From: the human T2T-CHM13v2.0 reference genome, Homo sapiens
Direction: 5' to 3' (one strand)
Assembly (NCBI RefSeq): GCF_009914755.1
Contig: NC_060925.1
DNA: 64,000 nucleotides
This document shows, piece after piece, positions 1 through 25,859 of this stretch (the first letter of the stretch is position 1; each line of letters begins with the position of its first letter). The notes under the pieces were generated by a model. It searched no databases and was not told the DNA's origin. It saw nothing but the letters and a program-made list of their open reading frames with translations. The position numbers were made by a program, and so were the translations under genes.

Positions 1-1405
1 TCTTAGATAAGTATGAGGAAGGTGGATATGGGAGCACTTTTAGATAAGGCAAGGGACATTCCAGGTGCCTCCACCCCGTATTATTGTGGGCAGGGAGATA
101 GGACAGGGGCAGGAAGAAGAGCGAACCTTGTAATACACTCTCTCACATTGCATCTCTTTAATCTCAGTCTTGCTTAGACGTCTTATTTTTTCCATCTTGC
201 TTGACGATCTCTGTCTGAAACATTCCTTATATCTTCTCTCTTCCTATCTGTCTATTGGTCTCTCACACTGTCTCTGCCTCTCCTTGCCACCTGCCCTGTC
301 TCCATGGTTACCATAGCTTCCATCCACATATTTTAGGAATGAGTTTGTGTCCAGCTGGAAGGCACCAAGGGAAGTGGGAGAAAAAGAAAAATCCTAAGGA
401 TTTAAAAAGTTCACTCAGGGTCCTGAGCTAATTCAGAGGCTGGAGGCCCCCCAGATGCAAGATACTGAAAATAATGTTCCCGGGGATGGGAGAGAGAGAG
501 AAATATTTGCAGGAAGCTACCCATTTTTACTAGTTATTTCTTGGACACGTGTCAACTATGTGCCATGTGCTTTACATACACTATTTTCAATCCTCACAAC
601 TTTATAAGATAGGAACTATCATCTTCTTGTTACAGATGAGGAAACAGACTTAATAAGGTTAAGCAAGCTCTCCAAAGCTTCACAGCTATGTTTCTGTCCT
701 ATGGCAAAGACTGGGAGCTTGCCACTACACCTACAGCCTCCCAGTCTACAGGCCATTTTCTCTGACATCTGGGATGTTCTTCTTGACTAACTCCTAGATT
801 TCATCTCCATTCTGAACCTTTCTCCCTTGTTTCTGCTTTCTGTGAAAATAGGACTCCTCCTTCCACTCTGCTGGCTTTCCCAAGGAGCTCGCAGGAAGTG
901 GAAAGTAGTGGAAAATGCAGAAAAAGCTGGGCTCCTGCCCTGTCTCCCCAACCCTGGTACGCTGATCCCAAATCCTTCCTTTCTTGAACCCTCTGCCCAC
1001 CTTCTCACAGACACGGCAGCAACCCACAGAAAAACATTTTTAGAAAAGAAGTATCCATTGGTGGTGCTGGAGAGAGGCAGTGTATGATTGAAAGGAAGGC
1101 TGGAGTAATGGAGAGACCAAGCTATGAAGCTAGAGTCACAAAAAGACTGATCCCTAAAGAGCAGCTTTTACAGAGGTTCATTTCTCCGTAGGCCCTCTCC
1201 TCCTTTGGCCTCTCTGTAGGGGCTCCCTCAACACGGTCCCTCGATGAGATATGAGTGTCACGTTCCCTCGGTGAACTCTCGCCGGCTAGTGGCTCCTTCA
1301 TCTGGAGTGAGACCGGAAATAAGTGACCCCAGCTGATTCTGCAACGCCCATCTCTCTCTGCGACCCGCTTCGCAAGCTTCGGTTCCGGGCGTACTCGCTC
1401 CCTCC
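1..1405 (-). other. ANKRD34A: 5' non-coding part (5'UTR exons/introns) of ANKRD34A, head-to-head with POLR3GL; CDS lies left of the window
   Basis: Inferred from the known 1q21.1 gene order and the bidirectional promoter architecture; no coding sequence is visible and exon boundaries were not resolved. Confidence 0.55.
530..740 (-). mobile_element. MIR SINE fragment
   Basis: Reverse complement of MIR core (aatcctcacaac...acagatgaggaaacagact...aggttaag); boundaries approximate. Confidence 0.7.
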
Positions 1406-1670
1406 CTCCTTCTCTTCCTAGGCTTCAAGAGGGCGGACTTCCCTCCTCGGCTTCTCCTGCATTGGCCGAGAAAACTCACCAATAGGGAGCTCCGGGAGGC
1501 GGGCTTAGAACGCCACCGACTTGAGGAAGCCCAGTACATTTCAAGTTGGTCGCGGCTTGGGCTCCGCTTTGGGGAGGGGCAGCAGGTAAGGCTTGACCTG
1601 GTTCGGTCCGACACTTGCCAAACTTGTTCACCCCGGCCAGGCTGCGAAATAGACAACGCTTTCCGTCAGG
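1230..1670. promoter_or_regulatory. CpG-island bidirectional promoter (POLR3GL / ANKRD34A)
   Basis: CpG-rich; ETS-like CCGGAAAT 1313-1320, GC boxes 1431-1436 and ~1494-1504, oppositely oriented CCAAT boxes ATTGG 1461-1465 and CCAAT 1479-1483; no TATA box. Confidence 0.85.
1520..1585 (+). other. POLR3GL: POLR3GL non-coding exon 1 (start approximate)
   Basis: Strong donor CAG|GTAAGG at 1585/1586 immediately downstream of the promoter. Confidence 0.8.
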
Positions 1671-2650
1671 TTGTTGGATCAGCCCCCTTCTGGCTCCCTA
1701 CCGTTTCTCCCCTGGGCTTCCATTTCTGTATTGATTGTATACTAGAGAATGGCAGTTTTCTATCGCGCATGGGGAGAGACATTAAAGCAGAAAACGAGAC
1801 AGCCTCTTGTATCTGTCTTTGCTATAGCATCAACTTCCCCCTAATCTATTAATATTATCCCAAGAGCCTGACAAACTCCTGTTATCTATGAAGACTAGCT
1901 GAAATGCTACCTGTAGTTTTCCTGGGCCGCCTTTCTTGCAAAATGAATTGTTCCCCCGTCTACGATAGCGTTTTGTATATACCTTTATTAGGACACTTAG
2001 TGCACTGTCTCTCTTTAACGTTTCTATGCCTTTTAGAATAGAAGGTTTTGTAGGACAGGTGCTAGTAGTTAATATATAGTGCCCAATAAACGTTAGTTAA
2101 ATAGAATTGATTTCTGGTAACTAGCACTCTTTTTGGGGAGGCAGAATTTAAACTCCTAACATAACTAGGGAACAATAAAAGACAATACAGTATGTAATTA
2201 AGAGCCATTAAATTAGTGGTTCATAATATTAGTGTTTCATAATTGTTTCTACAATCTAGAGAAGGAAGAAAGCAAGGAGAACTGGAATGGTGAGGGGAGG
2301 CTTTATGGATCACAATTTCTCAAGTTTGGAAAGGCCCATAGAAATGATGTATTTATTCATTCAATAAATATTTATTGAGCACCTACTATATGCCAGACAC
2401 AATGCTAAATCATGCTGATCATAGGGAATCCTCTACTAGAGCCATGCATCCTTCTTACAAACCCTATGTAGTAAATTTTTACCCAGCTTCTATGTAAACA
2501 TCTTTAGTAAGGGAACTCTCTTATCTCTCTTGTAGATCATTCAATTTTTTGATACCTGTTCTTTAGTCAATATCCTACAAATATTCTAAATAAGAAATAT
2601 ATAGCTAAAGGAAATGCATTCCACACTTCCACTGTAAAAGAGGGAAATAT

Positions 2651-11340
<8,690 letters not shown>

Positions 11341-11684
11341 GAAATGCAGATAGAGATAAACATCAAATTGTCTTAGGGATGTAGAGTTTTGTCCAAAGGT
11401 GTCAGCACTTTCTCCTTTGTGCTAAACTATATTGTAATTATCTGACCTGTTTGGGGGACCATGTCTCATTCATGTTTATATTTCCAGAAATTCTCTCTCT
11501 GACACTGTGCCTTCTCAGTCAAAATTTGTTGAATGACATTAACTTTTCATGTCCCAGAGATAAAAGATTGAATGTCTTGTACCTCCTTGGCTTCCTGTCC
11601 ATTCTACTACATTTCTTTTTCTCTTTGTTTTTGTCTTTATTAGGTTTATTCACTGGATCTCTGAATACCCAGGCCCCCTCCACC

Positions 11685-15271
<3,587 letters not shown>

Positions 15272-15651
15272 AGAAGGACTCTGGACCCTCGTGTCTTTCT
15301 TTAGGATACAGAGAGTAACTGTACCTATTATTTGTTTCTTCAGACAAGCAAATCATTTGGTCAGAGTTCATATAATCTGTCTGTTCCCTGGAGATGGGAA
15401 TAGAGGATGATGACAGTTTATTTTCTACACTTCCCCTCCTTCCACATTTGTATCACCTTTGCTATCTTGGGGAAAGTGCAAAGGACAAACATCTCAATTG
15501 TATGAAGGGAGAAAGGAGAATTGAAAGAAGAACTGGGGTTGTTAGAGCTGAGATGACTGTACACATACCCCTGCCCAATTTATATAGCTCTTTGTGGAGA
15601 TAATTAGGGGTGGGAGCAGTTTGAAGGAGTAAGCCTGGTTTTATACTTTTA

Positions 15652-15657
15652 AATAAA
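15652..15657 (+). terminator. POLR3GL: POLR3GL polyadenylation signal AATAAA
   Basis: AATAAA followed by a GT/T-rich downstream element about 380 nt after the stop codon. Confidence 0.85.
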
Positions 15658-16299
15658 GTGTTTTTATCTGTCTCTCTGTTGTGGGTGAGGCCTGGTGACA
15701 GAGGGCTGGAGGAATGAAGGAAATGCTTAACTAAGCCGGGTCTGGTGTGACACACTGGAGGGTTACAGCCCTACAGCCCGCTTGTCCTTTGTCCCTTCCC
15801 TTCTACCCCCATGGTGGGACACATATTCACAATCGAGCCCAGCCAAGGAATATTCAAGGCCTCATCTGTAGGGCAATGCAAAGTAAATTGTAGAGAACAG
15901 CCTACGCCCCCTGCAGTACAGCTGACTTCTGAGCCTCTGGTCCTCAGGCCACAAGGACATGATTGTGTCTGTTCACACATGTTCACAAGGACATAGGTCC
16001 TGTCTTTCCCACACTTGACCTTGATCTTGTCCTTATTTACAAAAAATGATTACAGCTATTTTTGTGGGGAAAGGCAAGAAAACCAGGTATGAGGAGGGAG
16101 GAGGAGCTGACTTATTCACCATACTCCCTCCTCTTCCAGACTCTGGAGATGCCACTTTGAAAGGTATGTCTGTGCAGAGCAAGTCCCCCTAAATATCCTG
16201 TTCTCCAGTTACAGAAACCAGTGTGTGGCTGAGTTGCAGTTTCTCTTTTGGTTCTTCCCTTTGTGGAATTTAGTTAGCCTTTCTCACTCCCTTTCTTTG

Positions 16300-16530
16300 G
16301 GGGAAGGGAGGTAGGCGGTGTGGTGTTGTTTTACAGGAAGTAAGGAGGGTGGGGAGGAAGGGAGTGACTTAGGGACACTCACAGATCTGAGAGATGCTTT
16401 CTCGCCCACAGAGCTCTCCCTTGGGTGAGGTCACTTTCCGAGGCTCTGATTGGCTTCTGAGGAAGCCTTAGATAAGCTGATTGGTTCCAGCCACTTGACA
16501 TGCAACAGTCACGGGCAAGCTGCGTGTCCA
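16300..16530. promoter_or_regulatory. Candidate enhancer/promoter: two CCAAT boxes, a ChoRE-like element, ETS and GATA motifs
   Basis: ATTGG 16449-16453 and 16480-16484; CACGGG-N5-TGCGTG 16510-16526; AGATAAG 16470-16476; CAGGAAGT ~16334-16341. Confidence 0.55.
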
Positions 16531-17881
16531 GAATAGGAACTGAATAAGAAGGCATGCTATCATAGCAACCCTGCTGAGCATTTGAAAGCCGTAAGATGGG
16601 GTATAGAAGAACCTTCAAAAAATTCCCCAACTGCATTCAGGCAGGCCGACTGAATTCCCTACAGCATCAAGTGATAGAGACTGTCAATCTAAGGTTGAAT
16701 ATGTCTGACCCCATTGTAAAGAATGAAGAAAGACTGTGACTCCATTGAGGGAAAGCACCTTAAAAGCCTAGTTTGGGTGTGTTAGTTAGTGTTTACATAG
16801 AAGCAATGGCAGGTGCCATGGCTCAAGCCTGTAATCCCAGAAGTTTGGAAGACTGAGGCAAGAGGATTGCTTGAAGCCAGGAGTTTGAGACCAGTCTAGG
16901 CAACAAAGCGAGTCCCTGTCTCTACAACAAAAATATTTTAAAATATTTCAAATAGCTGAGCGTGGTGGCACTCCCTAGTAGTCCCAGCTACTAGGGAGGC
17001 TAAGGCAGGAGGATCCCTAGAGCCCTGGAGTTTGAGGCTGCGGTGAGCTATATGATTGCACCACCAGCCTGGGCAACAAAGCAAGAACCCGCCTCTAAGA
17101 AAAGAAGAAAAGAGTAGAAGCAGTGAAGGAAACAGGAATAGAAACAGAACATTCTAGAGTCATTGAGCAATTTATGATGATTGATGTGTTTTTTTTTTTA
17201 GTCCTCCTGAGGTGTTGTGTTGAGTGGCAGGAAGGAAATAGGGGACCTGTAACGGGTTTCCCATAGCTGTACTTCAGCCTGTGATTATAGCTAGGGAGAG
17301 ATCAGCAAAAACAAAAGTAAAAGCTATTGAAAATTTTCCTTTTGCATTGTTCCCTACATACACACACCAAGTCCTAACCTGGTCAACTATATGTGTCTGT
17401 GTTGGGAGCATAGCCACCCCATAAAGCCCACAATGTCAGCCTGGGAACTTAAAAGAGTGGGAACAAAGAAGATTCTGGAAAAGCAGCACACATCCTATGC
17501 ACACACATCCTTTTCCCATGAAACTGGGGAAATGAGGACAAAGGTTGGAGTGACCACTTGAGATCAGTTGTATTACTTCAAAGTGTCAGGAAGATCAGAC
17601 TATTCTTGGACTCTGCCCTGTCTGCAGGTGACCTTGCTGGACAAAGCCAGGGACACAGGACCCAGCAGCTTTCCCAGATTCTGAAGTGGTTCCAGGCATG
17701 AGCTAGACTTGTTTCCATCAACCTTTCCCCTACTTTCCATAGGTACTATCAGGCAGGCCTGAAGCCCAAGACCTAGTAAACAGGGTCACGGCTCCTATTC
17801 ACTTTGGAAGAACCCCTGAGAGGTTAGGGCTTGAGGCCATACTTGCAAACTTTTTTTGTTTTGTCTTGTTTTGTTTTTTGA

Positions 17882-17989
<108 letters not shown>

Positions 17990-20863
17990 TAGCTGAGATT
18001 ACAGGCGCACGCCACCATGCCCAGCTAATTTTTATATTTTTAGCAGAGACGGGGTTTCACCATGTTGGTCAGGCTGGTTCGAACTCCTGACCTTGTGATC
18101 TGCCTGCCTTGGCCTCCCAAAGTGCTGGGATTACAGGCGTGAGCCACCGTGCCCAGCGCCTGCTTGCAAACATTTACAGAGGACTTACACAGTGCTGCTC
18201 AGCCCAGTACTACTCGCCTGATAGGGCTTATGTTGAACAGATTGCTGCCATGTCCACAGCCTGGGCTGCACTGGCCCCAGGCAGGGTAGGTTCTCTGTCA
18301 AGAATCCTATCCTGGGCATGGTGGCTCCCACCTGTAATCCCACAGCTTTTGGAGGCTGAGGTGGGAGGTTGCTTGAGGCGAGTAGTTCAAGACCAGCTTG
18401 GGGCAACATAGTCTTCCCTAAGTCTGCCTCTACAAAAAAAAAAAAGGGAAAGAGTCCTATTTTTCTCTATGCTATGTTCCATCCCTAGCCTCATGATTTT
18501 TCTCCCATCTCAGGTGGGCAGTTTAAGAGGGGTCTGCAGACAGCCTCAGTGACTCAAGTGGTTTGAGGGAGGCTAAATGGCAGACCTGGAAGCAACATGT
18601 AGTTTAGATTGGGAGTGGAGACCAAAGAAAATTGGAGGGTCAGATGAATAAGGTAATTGGGCACCTATAATTTGGTAAGGAACAGACAGTTCTTTTCCTC
18701 AATTCACTTTTTTTAAGAGACAGTGTTTCACACTATTTTGTGGTCCTAGTTTCACCACTCCATAGCTTCGTGCCCTTCAGAAAGTCATGTATGTCTCCAC
18801 TCCTCAGTATTCCTCATGTGTGAAATATAAATTTGGACTAGATGTGTCCACTGGGAGCCCTTCTAGCTCTCACATAGTAGGGCTTATGCTGATCCATCTG
18901 TAAGAATTCAAATGGGCCTGAGAACAAAGGCAGGATGTGCCTAGCTTTGGCTGAACACATTCCATTCGCTGGATTTCCCCACTTTATTTTCAGCCTAGGC
19001 AGACTAAAGATACCTCAGGCATCTGGCCAGTCGTTTCCAAGAACCTGCTTCAGCTTGGGTAGCAAGAAGATCAACAATTCCATCAACTAGCAAGAAAGGG
19101 ACACCACCTACAGCAGAGTTCAAGGTCACAATCTGCAAGCCAGGACTCAAATCAAACAGGCCACCAGTAGATTTCTGACTGAAGAAGGGGCTGGTGGGCA
19201 TGTCCTCTTCATCTCCCCTCGTATGTCATGTCCAGCCAGAGGATGGAGAAGAGAAATGAGCTCAACGAGAATAGCTCCACTAACTAATCTGGCCAAACCA
19301 GTAGTGACCTCTTCTCCACTGACCTTTCCCCTTCTGGGGCTCACATTTCCTCAAGGTCATTTGGGACCACAAAACTGGAAATAAGTTCCAGTTTCCTGCT
19401 ATCACCTCAGAAAGGCCTTTGGCTCATCTCCAATAGACTTTAATTTGCCTCTTTGTATCTAGGAAAGAAGGGAGGTCCCCCTCATAACCTTAATGGGGGT
19501 CAGTGGGAAGACAATGATCCAGCTTAACTGCGGGACCGTAATGGCTAGGTGCTCTCACCTTGGGAATCCAAGATGTCAAGATGCTGGGGAAGGAATCCAG
19601 AGATTCCTTAGGCCTGATCCCAACCAATGCAGGAAGGGGCTAGGTCCCCACGACCTCAGAGTCTGGGATTATTCTCCATTCTCAAACCTCTCCTCCTCCC
19701 AGGATCCTCAGCTTTGGGCTGTGCTCCCAGCCCTTTCCTGAATAGTTCCCATCCTTGTGATTCCACATTGATCCTGGTTTACAGTAGAGAAAGGGGGAAA
19801 ATATCCAAATCCTGTCTCTGATATTCTTTGGTACACTCAGGGCAGTGCTGATAATATTAGATTAGGAGGGAGGGAGTTAGACCTATTTTTGTCTTACCAA
19901 AAGGGGTAGGTGGAAGAAACTCACCTAAGTTAGGGATGTGGATTTGAGGTATTTCCTGTCTTGGAGAGAATAGGTAGAGTCCCATTTGGACAGGGAAAGA
20001 AGCCCTGGTACTCATCCTCCTTAGGCTCTGGTATGACCAGAGATGTAGCCATTTTGGAGAAGAAATTCCCTCTTCAAAGGAGGACAATTTAATGCTTGTA
20101 CCTCATTTTTCTTAGGCAGAGTGATAAGAGGAAGTGACACAAAATGGGCTCAGTGGGAGAAAGGGCAAATGCTGATCAGCCCTTTTCTAAGTCTTCCATT
20201 TCCTTTCCAAGCCTCTTTCCTGGCACACCTAGACAATCTTTCTCATCTGACCATACTTGGCTGCTCTGGATCCCTCACCTCTCCCTTACTTGGCTTGGCT
20301 CCTGTTTTGGGTCTTGCTTTCTACCCTGAGCCGCCACACTAACACCTGTCCAGAGATATCAGGGATGTTTATACACTTCTCAGTGGCTGGACTGGGCCAG
20401 GCCTGGAGGGTTGGCTGAGGACCAGACAGAAAGCTTGTCACTCAGACTCATTCTTGTTGTTTTTCAAATTCTTTTCCTCTTTTTGACTCTTTCTCTGTGT
20501 CTTTTCTCCATGTCTCTCTTTACCTCATGCCTTTATACAGTGCTGTTTAAATTGGATTATTCCTACGGTGATATGGTGAAGACTATTTGGAGCCACAGAA
20601 TACACATGGCACATCTTCCAGAGTGTTAATTTTACTTTTAAGATTTGGTGGGGGAAGATAAATCATTTTTATGCTAAAACCAACACAAATATATTATGCA
20701 GTGTAAATCAAAATTTGCATTTTTTAAAGAAAATAGGTACTTCAAAGACATTTCTGGGTTATGACAGGCTACTTTAGACTGCTTTGGGAGTCCTGGGGGA
20801 AAATGGTTCACTCTCTTGTATCTTAGGGGTCCTGCAGAAGAAATATTTGAGAAGCTCTACTTA

Positions 20864-21530
20864 GAGCAGAGGTAACAAACTAAGACAAACCTAAACACTA
20901 AACAGGAGTCAGGCAGATATAAAAGATCGAAGCATGTGAGTGTAATGCAATAGGGAGTGGTGAGAACTGGCAAACCAGAGCCTGTCTAGCCCCTTCAGCT
21001 CCAGCTGATTAATGCCATGAAAGAATGTGACTCAGTGTTACCAAATATGATTGCTTTTTAAGAGACACCAGAACGGTAGATGTTAGTGAAATCTGATTTT
21101 TAAATGTTTACAACCGATTCAAATGTTTAGGAAAGGAAATACAGGTTTATTTATTTATTTATTTATTTTTAATTTTTTTTGAGACAGAGTTTCACTCTTG
21201 TTGCACAGGCTGGAGTGCAATGGTGCGATCTCGGCTAACTGCAACCTCCGCCTCCCAAGTTCAAGCAATTCCCCTGCCTCCGCCTCCTGACTAGCTGGGA
21301 TTACAGGCCTGCACCACCATGCCCAACTAATTTGTATTTTTAGTAGAGATGGGGTTTCGCCGTGTTGGTCAGGCTGATCTCTAACTCCTGACCTCAGGTG
21401 ATTTGCCTGCCTCAGACTCTCAAAGTGCTGAGATTACAGGTGTGAGCCACCGCACCCAGCCGGAAATATGGGTTTCTAAATGTCTGCAAGCTGGTTTGGC
21501 CTATGGGCCCCTGATTTGCTGCCTCTGGCT
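20864..21530. mobile_element. MER102-like hAT-Charlie DNA transposon relic split by an Alu (21145-21462)
   Basis: cagaggtaacaaact...cagctccagctgatt...ctgcctctg resembles MER102 as recalled; Alu flanked by ggaaatacaggttt / ggaaatatgggttt TSD. Confidence 0.55.
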
Positions 21531-22480
21531 TAGTGTTTCCTCCAGCTTTGCTTAGGTTCATCATCAGCTAAAATCAAGACAAAAGAAGAGAAACATGAAT
21601 CACAGTGTGATCTCCCTTCCCTACCTAAGTCCATCTCCCCACCAGCTTCCCGTCAATCTTGGAGCACTTGTGTCAGGGATTTTCTCCTCCAACCACAAAG
21701 CAGGGTGGGCACTATCAGAAATGGTGTTGAGATACAGGAAAGAACAAGAGGAAAGAAGAAAGCAGTCTTTGGATATAGAAGGGTATTCAGTTTAAAGGGT
21801 ATTCACCAGGGGAAGATGAAACCCCAAATAGGGAATTATCATAATTTTTGTCTCTCCTTCCTCACTTTCATTCCTAACCTCCAGGCCTCCCTCACAGTCA
21901 AAAAGATATTCTGAACTTGCTAATGATCGACCTCTCTCCCAGCCCTTCCACCTTCCAGGTGACCTAATTTTCCCAAACCAGAGATAGCAGATCTTGCCTT
22001 GTCAGACTTGGTCACCATTTCCAACCTCTCTGACCTTCACGATCATTTCTTCTACTTTCCAAAAGTATGTGAAGCACAGGCCTGGGCTTGCAGGGTGTCA
22101 AATTCTGTTCCCAAGAGTTGGGGGCAGTGGGATGCATGAGTTTGCAGGAGAGTTTGAAGCTGTCCTGCGGGACAGCTTGAGGAGATAGAACTGCAGAGAA
22201 GCCTCTGAGTACTACTGGCAGAGCTACACCTATCTCCAGGGGAAACAAAGGAGCCATTGGCCCCTGCCCAACCACCCTCTTCCTGATCTACAGGAATCCA
22301 GAGGTAAAACAGAAACCAGAGTTTCCTCAGAGTTGGAAGGTGAAGCAAGCATGAAAGACAGGGAATAAAGAGAAATGGGAGAGCAGGAAACAAAGGATTA
22401 ACCCTGAGTCTGGCTAGATGAAGGAGGAAGTCAGAATCTGAAGTGGAGAGGGAGGGATCTTTAGCCACAGAACCATATAA

Positions 22481-22621
<141 letters not shown>

Positions 22622-22738
22622 TAATCCCAGCTACTCAGGAGGCTGAAACAGGAGAATCACTTGAACCCGGGAGGCGGAGGTGCAGTGAGCCGAGATTGCG
22701 CCATTGCACTCCAGCCTGGTGACAGAGTGCGACTCATC

Positions 22739-22776
<38 letters not shown>

Positions 22777-24036
22777 AAGCACAGTTCTTATGCCCCTGAA
22801 TACCTCCTCCCCTCTCAGCAGCTGAAATCCTTGTTCTATCCATCTGTCCAGGAGGTTAAAAATATCCAAGCTGGGAACCTAGCCAGACATTTCCAAGAAC
22901 CTGTTTACTGACCATTTGATTAACTTTGATTGTCAGCAACTTCATAGCCCAACAAGGACTGAGAATGGACGTTGCCTAACATCTCAGGACTCAGGGCACA
23001 TGGAATTCACAATCCTGTACCTTTGTTTTCCCTGTCTTCTTTCTCCCATCACTCTGTTGCCTGGAGATGACCAATCAATTGATAGTCAAAGTCTGTTCAT
23101 TCTTTTCTCCTTACATAACAGGCCCAGCAGAGAGTAGGGAAGGGTCAAGCAAAGGGAAAGGTCGGGACAGAACAAGAATAGCCTAAATAGGCTAAACTGG
23201 GCCTCATCCGTGGACTCACCTCCATTGACCTTTGTGCTCCTCAGTCTAGTCCACCCCACAGAAAAATCAAATGGAATGCAATACCTTGAAAGAAAAAGTC
23301 TGGAAGACCTGTGGCATCACATTGTATATCCAGCACTCTCTGTTCCTCAGTTTATCACTCCAAATGGTGGGAAGCTTTTCTTTGGAGTTGTGTACTGAAA
23401 AGTTAAGAAAGTTCAAATAATTTTTAGAAGGTTACAGGGTTTAATCCACAGGCTTGTGAAGCACACTGGAAGTGTGAAAAAGAACACCCTGAGGCTAAGT
23501 GGGTGCTGTGGCTCACTCCTGTAATCCAAGCACTTTGGGAGGCCGAGGCAGGCGGATAGCTTGAGTCGAGCTGTCTGGAGTTCGAGACCAGCCTGGATAA
23601 CATGGTGAAACCTCACCTCAGCTAAAAATAAAAAAATCAGCCAGACATGGTGGTGCATGCCTGTAATCCCAGCTACTTGGGTGGCTGGGGCGAGATAATT
23701 GCTTGAACCCAGGAGGAGGAGGTTGCTGAGATCGCCCCACTCCACTCTAGCCTGGGTGATGGAGTGAGACTCTGTCTCAAAAAAAAAAAAAAAAGAAAAA
23801 GAAAGAAAGAAAGTAAATTAATCAGGGGGGTAATGAGGGATATGTCTCTTCTTTTATTTTAGATAACAATCACTTATGTGGCATTGTTCTAAATTTTACA
23901 TATATTTTTAAATTTCTCACAATCTTCTGAGGTAGGCATTATTATTATCTCTCATTTTATAAATAAACAAACTGTTACATAGAGAGGTTTAAACAAGTTG
24001 CCCAAGGTCACATAGCTGGTTAAATGGTAGAAGTAA

Positions 24037-24369
<333 letters not shown>

Positions 24370-25136
24370 TGATCCGCCCACCTCGGCTCCCAAAGTGCTG
24401 GGATTACAGGCGTGAGCCACCGTGCCCGGCCTATTTTTTCTTAATAGTATAGGAAGACTAATCTTTGGACTTTTTCTGGGTTCTAGACTTACCTATTGTG
24501 CCAGGACCTGCAGCCCTGGATCTTTAGCTCTCTGAAAAGGAGTGTTTCAGCTTATGAAATGGAGGTCGATGTGAGGTCACAACAGAGAAAGGACAAAAAA
24601 ACTTCCCATCCCCCATCCCCAAACTATTGAGGCCAGGATGCCTGGGGGCAGGGACTTGTGATCATTGGAAGGTCAGTAAAATATTTTCCTTATTCACCTT
24701 ATGCATTTTATCACCTAGAGGTAGCCCAAGAAAATAATTCTAAGAGGGATCTGTAGTCTGTTGAAAGAATTGGGCCAAGGTTGCGTGTGCCTGTAGTCCC
24801 AGCTACATGGGAGGTTGAGTAGGGGGAATCCCTTGAGGCTATGAGTTCAAGGTCAGAGTTTGCTATGATTGTGCCTGTGAATAGCCACTCCACTCCAACC
24901 TGGGCAACATAGTGAGACCCTCTCTCAAAAAGAGAAAAAAGAATTGTGCAAAGGTCACTCCTTGACTCCACTTCATGCCCTTCAGCTCTTGTGTGATTGT
25001 TTTTTGCTGAACATGTGCTTTGTCAGATCCTCCCCTCCACATTTTTCCTTCCCAGTGCCTCAACCCAAGTTAGATCCTTGTGTTTCCAGTCTGTTCAGAG
25101 GTATCAATCAAGGCAGCCAATGACTCTGGTTGTTGA

Positions 25137-25382
<246 letters not shown>

Positions 25383-25859
25383 TGATCCACCCACCTTGGC
25401 CTCCCAAAATGCTGAGATTACAGGCATGAGCCACAGCACCCGGCCCCTTTTTCTTGTTAATTTTATTTTCTTGCCCTTTTCTCTCTTTAGGTAGTTTTCT
25501 TTTTTAGTTCTCTCAGATCTCCCTATACCAGATTAAACCTACTGAATAAATGATACTCAGAACCACATCTCCTCTAATCATTGTACATGTAGGTCATAGC
25601 TACTTAAAAATTAAAAGGCACGTGAGAAGAGGATAGGCAAAGAAGACCCAGAATATTCCCCCACTTAAGTGGGGAAATAGCTAAGCCACTCCCCAAGGAA
25701 GTGTACTGAAGCAAGCCTGTACGCGGAAAATGTCCTCGGGTGAGGTAGAAGTTGTATACACAAGGCAAAAAGAAGTAGAGTGGAGTTTTTGTGCTGTAAG
25801 AGAAGGATAGGTTTCCTCTGGGGGAACAGCTCTAGCTGCTTACTCCCTTAGATTTTGAT

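Noticed and set aside
1258-1656. 132-aa minus-strand ORF across the bidirectional promoter
   Set aside because: Starts at a non-ATG codon upstream of the likely ANKRD34A TSS, has no ankyrin-like sequence, and is typical of chance ORFs in GC-rich DNA
11451-11684. Hydrophobic N-terminal extension in ORF 11451..11867
   Set aside because: Mostly intronic polypyrimidine tract upstream of the 11644 acceptor; the true start is ATG 11685
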